Source: the human T2T-CHM13v2.0 reference genome, Homo sapiens. Taken from it: a stretch of 64,000 nt of DNA. The notes below the pieces were generated by a model, which did no database searches, was not told where the DNA came from, and saw nothing but the letters and a program-made list of their open reading frames with translations. The position numbers were made by a program, and so were the translations under genes. The stretch is from NCBI RefSeq assembly GCF_009914755.1, contig NC_060930.1, one strand, 5' to 3'. Of this stretch, positions 40,726 through 52,740 are shown piece after piece (position 1 is the first letter of the stretch; the number at the start of each line of letters is the position of its first letter).

Positions 40726-41089
40726 TTTTTAGATCTTACCTTTAAGTCTTTAATCCATTTTGAACTGATCTTTGGGTATGGTGTAAGATAAGGATTCAAT
40801 TTCATTCTATTGCACTTGAATATCCAGTTTTCCCAAAACCATTTGTTAAAGAGACGACCCTCTCCTACTGTGTATTCTTGATACCCTTGGTGAAGATCAG
40901 TTGATCATAAACAAGTGACTTTATTTATGGTCTCTCTATTCAATTCCAATGGTTTAGATGTATGTCTTTATGTCAGTATCATATTGTTTTAATTACTTTA
41001 GCTTTATAATATATTTTGAAATCAGAAATGTGATGTCTCCAAATTCGTTCTTCTTTCTCGAGACTGCTTTTGCTGTTCAGGGTCTTTTG
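40726..41089 (-). mobile_element. Inverted 5' segment (ORF2) of an L1MB/L1MA-age element
   Basis: Antisense ORF2 'agatcttacctttaagtctttaatccattttgaactg...tatccagttttcccaaaaccatttg'. Confidence 0.88.
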
Positions 41090-42189
41090 AAACTTCTGTA
41101 AAAAATAGGAGGAAAGCTTCTTGACATTGGTCATGGCAATGATTTCTTGGATATGACACTTAAAGCATGGGCAACAAAAGCAAAAGTAGACTGGTACGAC
41201 TACATCAAACATAAATGAGTCTGCACTTCAAAGGAAATAATCAGCAAAACAATTGTTTCTTTTGCAACCTACAAAATTAAGGAAAATATTCACTAATTAT
41301 ATATCTGATAAGGGGTTAATCTCCAAAATATATATAAGTAACTCCTACAACTCAATAGCAAAAAATCAAATAATCCAATTTTTTTAATTGGGCAAAGGAC
41401 TTGAATGGACATTTCTCAAAAGAAGACATACAAATAGCCAACAGGTATATGAAAAAAGGCTCAACATCACTAATCACTAAGGGAAATGCAAATCAAAACC
41501 ACAGCAAAATAGCACTTCACATATGTTAGATTGGCTATTACCATAAAAACAAAAGACAACAAGTTTTGGTGAGGATGTGGAGAAAAGGGAACCCTTGCAC
41601 ATAGGTGATGGAATGTAAGTAAGTTGGTACAGTCATGATGTAAAACACTGTGGAGGTTCTAAAAAATTTTTTTGAATAAAACTACCATATGATCCAGCAA
41701 TCCCACTTCTGAGTTTATATCCAAAAAAAAAATTGAAATCAGGATCTCAAAGAGATAGTGCACAACCATGTTCACTATAGCATTATTCACAATGACCAAG
41801 ACATGGAAACAACCTACATGTCCATCAGCAGATAAATGGATAAAAAATGTGGTCTATACACTCAATGGCATATTACTCGGCCATGTGGAGATCCTTCCAC
41901 ATGAAACAGCATAGATGAACCTGGAGGACATTATGCTAAGTGAAATAAGCCAGTTACAGAAGGAAAAAATCCTGCATGATTTTTCTTACATGAGGTAGCT
42001 AAAATAGTCAAACTTAGGGAAGCAAAGACTTGGACAGTGGTGCCAGGGACTGGGTAGAGGCAGAAATTGGGAGCTGTTGTTCAATGGGTATGAAGTTTCA
42101 ATGATGCAAGATGCATGAGTTTTAGAGATCTGCTTTACAACACTATGCCTATAGTTAACTGCACTGTGCACTTAAAAATTTGTTAAAGA

Positions 42190-42484
42190 GTCTGGGTGCG
42201 GTGGCTCAGGCCTGTAATCCCAGCACTTCGGGAGGCCCAGGCGGGTGGATCACCTGAGGTCAGGAGTTAGAGACCTGCCTGGCCAACATAGTGAAACCCC
42301 ATCTCTACTACAAATACAAAAAATTAGCCAAGCGTGGTGGCAGGTGCCTGTAATCCCAGCTACTTGGGAGGCTGAGGCAGGAGAATTGCTTGAACTGGGA
42401 GGCAGAGGTCGCAGTGAGCCGAGACTGCGCCACCGCACTCCAGCCTGGGTGACAGAGTGAGACTGCATCTCAAAAAAAAAAAAA
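42190..42484 (+). mobile_element. AluS (Sx-like)
   Basis: Full Alu; TSD core TTGTTAAAGA on both sides (42180-42189, 42485-42494). Confidence 0.95.
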
Positions 42485-42548
42485 TTGTTAAAGAGAGTAT
42501 ATCACATTAAATATTCCTACAAAAATAAATAAATAAATGAATATTCTT

Positions 42549-42940
42549 TTTAAAAAATGTTTATTTTATTTTAAGTTCCAGATACATGTGCAGGACCTGC
42601 AGGTTTGTTACATAGGTAAACATGTGCCATGGTGGTTTGCTTCACCTATCAACCCAGCACCTACGTATGAAGCCCTGCATGCATTAGCTATTTATCCTGG
42701 TGCTCTCCCTCACCTCCCTTGCCACCAACAGGCCCCAGTGTGTGTTGTTCCCCTCCCTGTGCCCATGCGTTCTCATTGTTCAGCTCCCACATATAAGTGA
42801 GAACATGCAGCATTTGTTTGGTTTTCTGTTCTTGTGTTAGTTTGCTGAGGATAATGGATTCCAGCTCCATCCATGTCCCTGCAAAAAACATGACCTTGTT
42901 TCTTCCTATGGCTGCATAATAGTCCATGGTGTGTATGTAC
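42549..42940 (-). mobile_element. L1PA8-10-like 3' end
   Basis: 'gatacatgtgcaggacctgcaggtttgttacataggtaaacatgtgccatggtgg'; 17-bp TSD AATAAAT(GA/AT)ATATTCTT at 42532-42548 and 42941-42957. Confidence 0.9.
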
Positions 42941-43437
42941 AATAAATATATATTCTTGCCTGATACAAACACACACGTACACAAAGGTGCACAAGGAAAC
43001 TTTAGGAGGTGAATATGTTTCTTGCCTTGATTTTAGTGATGGTTTCACAGGTGTATGCCTATATTAAAATTAATCAAACTGTACATTAAATATGCCAATT
43101 TACTTCAATAAGGGAGTTAAAAAATTAAAAATGAGACTGGTGGGAAGACCAGAAAGCAGTCTTCACATATTTAAAGGGTTGTCCTGCAAAAGAGGGATCA
43201 GACTTTTTATTGCATCTGGCTCTGGAGGACAGAGAAAGGGGCAAGGCATATAGATTATAAAGAGGTAAGGTTTAGCTTGATAAAAGGAAAAATCCTAATA
43301 ATTATAGCTATTTAAAAATGAAATATGCTTATTGAACTTTTAAAGGTGATATTATGGACAAATACTTAATGAAAAAGGATAAAAGATGGTTCTAAAACAT
43401 GAGTAGTACAATTCTTTTAGAATAAAGGTGTGCATAC

Positions 43438-43491
43438 CCATGCACGCATGTGCACGCATGCACATGCACACACACACACACATACGCACAC
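43438..43491. repeat. (TGCA)/(CA)n alternating purine-pyrimidine tract
   Basis: 'catgcacgcatgtgcacgcatgcacatgcacacacacacacacatacgcacac'. Confidence 0.8.
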
Positions 43492-44964
43492 CTGGGCACA
43501 TACATCAGAATGTTCACGGTGTTTATCTCTGAGTGATAGTATTACAGATATTTTTAATTTTTATTTTGTACATTTTGGTTTTGTTTTCTAAAATTATTAC
43601 AGTGAATGCAAATTATTTTTCTTATGACAGGAAAACACTGTACAGCAAAAATGGTTGTGGGACCTAGGGAGTTCTATTTTGTTGGAGGTGTTTGAGCAGA
43701 ACCTGTAGTTGCTGTTGTTAACTCCCAGGATGTTGAAAAGGAGACTGTTATAGACAGGAAGATGGCTATTACCTCTTTTAACCTCTATGGTGCTTCAGAT
43801 TCTGAGAATCTATTGCACAAAATAGTAATTATAACTAATAATTATAACCACTATAACTATTAACATATAACCTGTAGTTATTAATAGTTATGATTAATAA
43901 AGTCATAGAATCTCAGATTTGTCAGGGAACTCAGAAGTCAACTTTCCCAGCCAATGTAAGACAGTATGAAAAATCCTTGGCCATACATGCGGATAAAGGA
44001 TTGCCCATGGCTGGGAATGTATATCCTTTCCTGCTGCTCACTGGTCTACACTAGCAGGTAAGAAACACATTTGTCTCTAAACACCCAGCCCAGTGGTACA
44101 TGAAATGATCTTCATCTATTTGTTTCTCAAGCATGAAATGATAGCCTACACACAATCTTTTCATATTGTAGTCACTCTGTGATCTTTCAAAATGAAAATA
44201 AAGAGGTCTTGTCACTAGGTGTACAATCTATTTTCCTTGACTTGAAATCTCATCTTTTATTTCTTCAAAGCACATAAGGACTTTATCTTTAATTCTATCT
44301 TGTATTCTGTTATCAAATCCATTTGTTGTTGTTCTATGTCTGCTCAGGATGTCTGAACATTTTTACATAGAGTAACTTTAAGTGTGAACCTAAGTCGAAT
44401 TCAAAACAAGACATCTAACTCTAAGAAAAGCCTTAGGTAAAACTTTGAATATATTTATCTTGAATGCTACAAGATGTCCAAATTATCCCTAGACATCCTC
44501 TCTTCACTTTCTTCAGACACCTAACCCTTCCTCCCTCTGCCACCTCAAATTCAAAATTCACACTTAGGAGAAAGATTTGTAATTTTTTCAAATCAAAGCT
44601 TATAGTAGAAGCCAATCAACTAATTCTGTAATTGTCTCTTAAACACCCTAAACTATGCAGGACCACTTCATTGCAAAAACAAAATAAACTCTTGAAATCA
44701 CAAGGTAATATATAGCAATTAACAATTCAACATTACAAACAGTAAGTGCTATTGGTAAATGCTACTTAAGTTCAGGAAATAAAAGGTAATTATCTTTGAG
44801 CTGACAAATTTACCGCACTACCAATAAATGAAGGAATTACTGTATAGTGTGCTAGCAGGGATCCTGGGAGATCTGGTGGAGATAGAAGTTCTAGCTGAAC
44901 TTCAGAACCCTCCAATACAAACAGGCTTATCTGAGGGGACAGGTCAGTCCTGCACACTATTGCA

Positions 44965-45132
44965 AGTGTTATCAAAGTGTGGTCCACGGACCAGCATCCT
45001 CTACACCACTTGGGAGCTTGTTAAAGGTACAGAATCGAGGGCCCCGTCCAGAACTAGTAAATAAAAAATCTAGATTTTTAACAAGCTCCCAGGATGATTA
45101 TTCATATGCACATTGAAGTTTGAGAAGCTCTG
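44965..45132. mobile_element. MER5A (hAT-Charlie) DNA transposon
   Basis: 'tcaaagtgtggtccacggaccagc...tgggagcttgtta...tttaacaagctcccagg...gcacattgaagtttgagaagctctg'. Confidence 0.85.
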
Positions 45133-45361
45133 GTCTACACAGTGGCGATTCTGCTCAGTTTCTTCGCATTTTAGTCCTGGGCTTTCAAAGCTACTTGCTT
45201 TTTAAAATCAACTATTAATTTGTAGCCTACAATTGTCACAACTGCAAAATTAACTCATTACTTAACTTTATTCTATTTCTCATGCATTTCCCCCTCAACG
45301 TCCCTTTTTCTCCAACGGTGGTCCCTTGAGAATGACAGATTTTTCACCACCCAGCAACCAA

Positions 45362-45393
45362 GGCACTACCCCACATCCTACACGAGGGGGCGC
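45362..45393 (+). promoter_or_regulatory. Candidate CTCF site (core plus upstream module)
   Basis: Core ACACGAGGGGGCGC (45380-45393) matches CCACCAGGGGGCGC at 12/14; GGCACTACCC (45362-45371) resembles the ZF9-11 upstream motif; motif evidence only. Confidence 0.6.
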
Positions 45394-47769
45394 ATGAGGA
45401 CTAAGATTCGGGATCTTCTAGGCCATCTTCTCCACAATGATTTTTATCAGCGACGGCCCCCTTTCTCCAGGATTGGTTTCCCAATGACATCACTTGGAAG
45501 CATGAAGAGTTGCTAGAATCCTCTCCTCCACTCACAAACCAGGCATTTCCTGAACCCTTGCTGCGTTCGCCGCTTTCCACCCCATACCATTTCCCTAAGA
45601 GACAAGCATTCAGATGATCTACCCCCAGGGGTCCCAGGGAAGGAGGGAGAATCATTGCTTTAAATACAACGGCAGATCAGAGGGCCCTTGGTCAATATCC
45701 CTGCTCTCATTTCTCCTGTGTTTCATCTTCCATCAGGTCATACAGCCTTGAAAGTCTTTGACACATCACCCCTCCCTTCAGATCCCCACCTCTCCAATAT
45801 TTCAGCAGAGCTTGGTCTTTTATAATCTAATTTTAAAAAACTCTTGCTCCATTCTGTTCTTTTACTGCAAACAGAGAGTAGCTGAGTGAGTGGCGTGAGG
45901 ATGAAGAGTCCAGAGCTGAGGCTTGTGGATTTCCTGGGAAGTTACTCACTCAACCTTTGGCCTGGGGAATAATTAGAAAAATGAATGTTTCATTCCCTTG
46001 AGAAGGCTTTTTCTTTGTCCACTGGAACCCAATACTGGCGCTGTGGCTGTATTTTAGAGAGTGTCTAGTGGCGCTAACTTGCTAAATCCATGAGGTTTAT
46101 CACTGTTATGCACAGTGCCCACCAAGTGTTGGCAACAAGCAACTCGTAAATGCATTTTGGCAATTACTATGAAATTTTCAGTGTCATATGGGTCTTCCAC
46201 CTCCTAAAAGCTTTTGTCCTGATGAAAGCTTTTATTTTAACTGTAGTTTTTCCCTAATAGGGCTCTATTTCAAACTTTAACAGTTGTAATTATTTGTATC
46301 AACGTGCAATCCCACACTTAAACAAATTGGAGCCCACTCCAGAACAAAATTAAAATGGCTTCAAAGAATGACAGAAAAACATTTCTTTTGGCAAGGAATA
46401 ACAGGAAGGCAGAAGGAATACAGGAGAGATCCAGTGGAGAGGATAAAGCAATGGGAGGCCTTTCCACATGTGTAGCCTCTTAAAAAAATTGCTACCATTC
46501 CTTATGTTGCCTATGCAGGATACAACCCTATCTCTTAGTAAAAATGGTCTCCCCACCCCCACAATTCTTGTGGCTATTACCAAACAGTGCTTCTTATAAA
46601 AGAAAAAGAATATGACAAAGCAACCACAAGGAAGGTTAAAAAAAAAAGATAAAACCCGGGGCTAGAATACACCCAGTTGATGCTCAATAATGATTGACTT
46701 AAATGTTTGTGTGGCACAAGGTACAGAGTGGATTTCTTTCACATCGATCTGGAAATTCATAGCTTCTTCAGGCTTCTTGTCATACATATCGTGTGAAATA
46801 TTTTATGACACGGCTCTGTGGATCCTGAAATGCTCGGTCCCGTTCTGTCTGAAAGTAGCACTTCTCTCTTCCTGTTGGGCCCCTCACCAAGAGCCCTTAG
46901 CGTCTGAGGCATCTCCCTGGTTATACTTTCATCAGATGGTGAAGCGGCCGTGCATTCATTGCACTTTCCCCCCAACACAAGCACTTTCATTGTTATCATT
47001 TACTGATATCAAATAGAGAAGTAAGTCAGGTGAATCATCATATACTGTGTATTTATCACAAAATCGAGCCTACCCTTTATGCCTGGGAGAACACTGGCAT
47101 GACCTAGTTCACTTCCCTAGGGCTGGATACCCTTCAAGTCTTCCTCCGTGAAGGAGAATCTTTCTCCTTGTATGAGCCAAGAACACATTTTAGTGCAGCA
47201 TTTCCTTTGTAGTTCAGATCTATTTTAATTGGGTAAATCTTTCATTACATAAATACAAATATTAGCAGGGGCCAGATACTGTATCAGGCTCACCAAAGCC
47301 AAGTGGCTGGAGGTGCTGTGCCCCACCAATAGGCTTTTTTTTTTCCACTGTGATAATTTCTGTTCCTTAACATAGGACATCAGATAGAAACCATTCCATT
47401 TGCAGACAAGAAAATACATCTACTGTCCAATCTACATGTATTTGTATGGCCGGGAGGAGAGGGTAGACCATTCCAGGCCTGGGAAGCCGTCCAGGGAAAC
47501 AGGAGGAAGAGAGCCAGGGAAGTGTGTTTAGAGTAGAGAGAGCATGATTAGACTCAAGCAAAGGAGCACATCACAGGAGGAAAGAATAATTATTTTGGAC
47601 GAGTGGGCAGGATAGTTTGGGGAGTGCCCTGAGAGCTAGTAAGGGGTCATGGTCATGACATCATAGGCAGTTGGGAGCCCTGCCAGACTTAGAGTGGTGG
47701 CATCTGAAAGAGACTAGGGTTAGGCATGCAGAGTGGATTGGGGCTACAGAAATCCATGGCAAAACTTAT

Positions 47770-48246
47770 TCATGTCTTTTTAAAGTCTTTTTGGTTACAA
47801 GCATCAAAGCCAGCAAAGTTTGGCTAATCAATAAACAAGAACTTACTGTAAAGATGCAAAGTCATCCTCAGAAGTCAATAGCAGATGTAGCCCGGCCTCT
47901 TTTGACTCGGTTCATTCTTTGGCATTGCCTTTTGGTTTTCTCTACACACTGACTTGTTCTGATTCTCCCTGCGTATGGCCACCATGGCTCCAAAATTCAT
48001 GTCTGAGCCAAACACAGACGCTGATCTCTAGTTATCCATTTCTTTAAGTCCAATTCCAAATTCCCAAGAGAAAGATATTGATTGTCCAGCTTGGGTCAGT
48101 GAGAACTCTGATGCAATCTATGGCCAAAGTGGAAGAGTCATGGTGGATGCTCGGTTACTTGGCCTTCCCTTTTGTGGAGAGGGGGATGATTCCTTGAGAA
48201 ATGGTGTCATAGACTGGGAAGGAACTCCAAAAGATGTTTACAACCA
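47770..48246 (-). mobile_element. Old MLT1 (K/M/N-like) LTR, degenerate
   Basis: 'tttggttacaagcatcaaagccagcaaagtttggcta', 'ccaattccaaattcccaagagaaagatattgattgtccagcttgggtcag'. Confidence 0.6.
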
Positions 48247-51207
48247 CCTGCCAGAAGTCTGCTGGTGTATTTTAATACTGCCATCCTGCAAGCTCAGTGT
48301 CAGTAAGAACAGAAGAAAGGGATAAATAGAGGTAATGTTTGTCATATTTCTAGAAACCGGACAGGTTTAGGACACATTGGAGTGCCAGCCATGGGAATAA
48401 CATCAGGATAGAATGGTCTGGGCAAAGCTGAATGGGAAGAGGCATTTCCACAAAACTGCCCAAGGCAGTGGCACTACTAGGTTCAGAAGAATTCAGAGAC
48501 CCAGGGAGGGCTGCTATTTAGAATAGCTCAGAACATCACAAGTGTGCTGGCTTTCCACTTTAATGTGAAGCTGGGTGTGGAGTTTTTAAAGCTCTATGCA
48601 AGACCTCACTGTTCCCAAAACATGGAAGGAAGTGTTTGACCTCAGAACATTCTCATATTATTAATCAACACACCAAATATTTACCCAGGACCTAGTCTGT
48701 GCCCAGTGCTGTTCGATACTGTAGTGCTCGGTCAGTGCTGTAGAGACAGAAGGGCCATCCCTCTGCTGTTGTAGAAAGTCCCTTCAGGGGTTCTGGAGGG
48801 AGTTGGGTGCCAGGAAGTTTCCCAGACTCCTCTCAGCCTCCCTTCCCAAACTCAAAGAAACGTGCTCCCTCCACTCTCCTCTTCTGCCTGCCAGAGTTTC
48901 CAGATTTGTTCTGTTTTGCAGTTGCGTCAAGCCACACTCAATTCCAATCCTAGCAGAAGGCATAAATTAACATTTTATTATGCGTGCTTGTTAGGGTCTC
49001 TTAAAGCAGACATGCAAATTCGAGGCTCCCATAGTAAATTAGGGCATACCCAGATTTTGCTGAAAATAAATCAAGTCGCCCTGGCCAAACCCTTGGAAAG
49101 CAGCACTTCTCTGAGCTATCCTGGGACAGATGCTCCCCTCAGCTCCTGCCCCAGGTTGTTTACCCTGGCCCCTGGCCATTTCCTGCCCCGTTTGGCACCC
49201 AGGTCCTCTCTGTCCAGCTGCCACTGGCTCATAGGACTCTTGGTCGACTTTCACTTACAAGGAACCAATTTCACAAGCAGCTGTAGGTGAGCCTTTTACG
49301 GGCCTCTGGCGAGTGAGTGAGAGGCCTCGGGCCTTCTCCCACAAGCAGCTGGACAAATATATCTGCCTTGGCTTTCCAGGGGGACCAGCTATTTTGAGGC
49401 TCCCCTTTGATTGACTCTTCCTACTACTGTGCCTTTAATTGCAGTTTATGGATCTTAAAACCTTATAGAACAGGAACTTCAAGCTAGACAGAGCTTGATT
49501 GGATTTGGCGTGGCTGTGGCGGAGGAATTCGAATTAGCAAAATCAAAAGTGAGAAGTAGTTAGTATGCACTTAGGCTCTACTAGGTTCCATTTTTAATTG
49601 TTCTGTGGCCTTTCTTTCCAGCATGCTGATTAGGTCATATAATTTTGTGTGTGGTTGGAGAAAGGTGGACAGGGGAAAGAGAGAAAGAATGTTTTCCAAG
49701 TCGCCACTTTAATTTTCAAAGTGTCCTTTCACATCCCTCATTATTATAAATTATCTGCCTCCTTGGGAGCATGCGTGGATGATCCCACCCAAATAGAGAA
49801 GGTGGTAAAGGCAAGGAAGCCATCACTGCCCTCCTGAGTCAGCCCACAGGCATCGGTCACAGATCGAAAACCCTAGTTCTGACCAGGTAGGTGGAAGAGC
49901 TGACTTCAGGGGCCTTGTGCCAGCCTAGATGAGCATGGTAAGTATTCACGGGGGATATTTGAGCCTCCCTATCTTAGAGGTTACACTGGAAGACACCATC
50001 AATTGGGTCCTATGTAGTGCGAGTGTGTGGGAGTGCCTCCAGCATTCCTGCAAGCCTGCTTCCAGAAGACTACTTGTCCCTCCACTCCTGTGGCTCTCAG
50101 GAAGTTGTGTTCCTTCTAAGTGCTGGAAGATACACCGGAACCTGAGGCTGCCACTCTGAAGGCTCCAGTTCTCTGTCATGTTGCTATCTCTATTTTATTT
50201 CTCCTTCCAAACAGATGCTTCTTAACCTCCTTCCTCCTGCCTCTCACCTCGCTCCCAGCTTTTCTGAATCCTTTCTCTCCTTGTTTCACTCAGTTCTTCT
50301 TTGCATCTCATTTCACCTTCCTGCTCTGTAGAGAGCTATGCGTGGCTCTTACCTTCCCCCAGTGGCATTTAAAGTGTTTCTTGGTGCAAAACATCCTATT
50401 CATTGCCATAGAAACAGGAAGCTCAGTGTGGAAGAAAAAGGAAAAAAAGAAGTCTGACACTCCAAAGCTGTGCAATTCTGTTATTTTGCCCAAATCCATA
50501 AACGGCAACATGCTGGGAGATAAGCAAAAGCCCGCCCGCTGCTAGAACCAGAGAAGGAAGGGCCTTCCATTCCTAGGAGACTGTCTGCAGGTTTTAAACC
50601 AGGCCCTTAAACCAGGCAAGAGCTGGCTCAGTGGAAAGAACTGCTACTTTTCTTTCACATGGAAACTCACAGCTGAGTCTAGAGAAGTCAGACTGCCAGG
50701 ACCCTGAGTGAGGAGTCAGACAGACCTCGTTCTGTGATAAATGCTGCCTCTGAAAAGCTGCAGCCTTTTGGACTCCTCACTTAACCCCTCTCAGTCTCCT
50801 TAGCTATAAAATAAGGATATGAATGTTGCCACGGCCTTTTTGTCAGGCTCTGATGAGGGCATGTGGTGCTGTACCTTCATTGCACTCCTGCTGGACTCAC
50901 TGTTTCCTTACCCCATCCTTGGAAAGCACAAGTTTGGGTTATCTATTCACCATGGTAAACACCTCCCTGACATAAAACTAAGAGAAGAACTTCACATTCA
51001 CATAATTCCTAAAATAAAGCCAATCATCCACAGCATTCTTTAAAATATACTAAGAAGTATTTATTTTTTACATCTTCATGCAAAACCTGGACAGGAGCCT
51101 TCTCCAAACCATTGATTTCCAAGATGCATCTTCAACCTACCCTGAGTACTGCCTTTTTCTTCTGGGTCCCAAGAACTCTAGAAGTTGTTATTCCCTAAGC
51201 TGAGAAC

Positions 51208-51400
51208 AGGCTGGGTAAGTATGGATCAGAGCTTCAAGCTAATGATGTGAAGTTTGCTGGTTTAATCTCCACCCAGCCAGTGGGTCTCTCCGAGGCCATC
51301 TATGTTCTATTCCCAGAAGTGCACCCTACCTTTCAACAACTACCTTTGTTCTGCATCTCTTAGATTCTGCATTTGGCATCCATTAATCACAGGGACAAAT
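51208..51400 (+). mobile_element. MamSINE1-like ancient tRNA-derived SINE
   Basis: 'agagcttcaagctaatgatgtgaagtttgctggtttaatctcc...gccagt' and 'ctatgttctattcccagaagtgcaccctacc' resemble the MamSINE1 head and body. Confidence 0.5.
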
Positions 51401-51489
51401 GAACAGCCAAAGTTGTTTGCATCTTCCCTGTGATCCACTTGCACTGGCCCATAAAATTGCATTAACAACCCTCCGATCCATCCCAAAAC

Positions 51490-51870
51490 TAGTACCTCGA
51501 ACCACCTCATTGAACTAACTCCCACAAACCCAGTCAATAGTCCCCTGCCCTAGGGCCAGGTACCAAACTAGAAACCACCCCACTAGACCAGAGCTCACTG
51601 ACTTTATTCAAACTGAGCCACCCTAAGCTGTTTCCCTACCCTCCCTTTCCTCTCCTATGAAAAACACAATGAGGGCTCTGGCCATGGTCTCCCCTTGCAC
51701 CTCCTTCTGCCTCCTGACCAAACCTGGTGCCTCCCCACGTGGCCTTCTGTGATGTGGTGGCCCCCTTTTCTTGGAAACTGTAGGTAATAAAAACCTTCTT
51801 TCAATGGCACTGGCCTCTCTTGTCATTACTCATTCACTTCCATAAATTAAGAGCTGGGCACAAATCAACC
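51490..51870 (+). mobile_element. MER73/MER74-family ERVL LTR
   Basis: 'agggccaggtacc...ttattcaaact...ttctgcctcctgaccaaacctggtgcctccccacgtggcc...ttggaaactgtaggtaataaa'. Confidence 0.75.
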
Positions 51871-51986
51871 TTGTCCACATCTGTCATACCAGTGACAGAG
51901 ATACCCTGGTAATGAGGTGTAACTGGTTCATCATGTACACATCACACGCTTGGTAGTGCTAGCTCAGCAGCATCTTCATCTATAAA

Positions 51987-52120
51987 TAAGGCAACCATAT
52001 GTCCCATTGTGCCCTGTAGAGTCCAAATTTACCCCTAGTTGACCTGTACAATTATTAATAGTGGCCTCATTCACTCTCAAAGCAATTCTGGTTTGGAATA
52101 TAAATGATATGGTTACCCTA
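51987..52120. mobile_element. MER94-like (hAT-Blackjack) MITE
   Basis: Imperfect TIRs 'taaggcaaccatat' and 'atatggttacccta'; CTATAAA duplicated on both flanks (51980-51986, 52121-52127), consistent with an 8-bp hAT TSD. Confidence 0.8.
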
Positions 52121-52494
52121 CTATAAAGGACAGAAAAATATTCTTCTATGAAATAGGTAAAAGTCTTTGTTTCAGGGGACTAATTGCAACTGAGTCATTC
52201 AGTGCCATATTTCCACTTGAGGAAAGGGTCTAAATGAATGGTACAGACATTCTAAAAATACAAGTGCTTGTCTTCACATAATATGCAAGAAGTTCAAGAG
52301 GAAAAACCAGCTGCATGAAGTGTGTATACAAAGCAGAGCAAAGAATCATGATTACGCTGAGGTTTCTTTCACGAGCATCAAGGATGATGGTAGCTTTGTT
52401 CACCGTGACCCAAAAGCTGGACCAGGGTAGGAATCACTATGGACCAAATGATCAGGTGATTAGCTCATGTTTTCGTGTCTGGTATCTGACAGGA

Positions 52495-52740
52495 GATTTA
52501 GTCATTCAGTCATTCTGCAAATATATTTTGTCTCTAATATGTGCTGGACACTAGGGATACAATTAGAATCAGTTTCAGTTCCTGTCTTCAAGAAGTTTTT
52601 TCTGTAAAGGAAGACATTGACACACACAAGAAGTATTTCAAAAGGCACAAGCACAGGTTACCATGGGACCATTTACGAGGAGCACTTGTTCTAGTCCTGG
52701 GGGTTATTAACTGACTTTATGAGTGAAATTTGGGGTGGGT
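52495..52740 (-). mobile_element. L2 fragment
   Basis: 'cattcagtcattctgcaaatatattttgtctctaatatgtgctggacactagggatac'. Confidence 0.6.

Larger units (their letters stand above)
41090..43130 (+). mobile_element. L1MB/L1MA-age ORF2 3' part and 3'UTR, interrupted by an Alu and an L1PA
   Basis: 'gaaagcttcttgacattggtcatggcaatgatttc...gacatttctcaaaagaagacatacaaatagcc'; 3'UTR 'aaggaaactttaggaggtg...cttcaataag'. Confidence 0.9.
39870..43812 (+). mobile_element. L3/CR1 LINE in pieces (about 39870-40120, 40365-40715, 43130-43325, 43650-43812)
   Basis: CR1 RT-like 'gtggtgtcacaaagatctgtcctgggccttg'; 'gcagtcttcacatatttaaagggttgtc...gagggatcagact'; 3' end 'ttggaggtgtttgagcaga...attctgagaatcta'. Confidence 0.7.

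Noticed and set aside
51208-51290. tRNA-like sequence
   Set aside because: Too degenerate for a cloverleaf; better explained as the head of an ancient SINE
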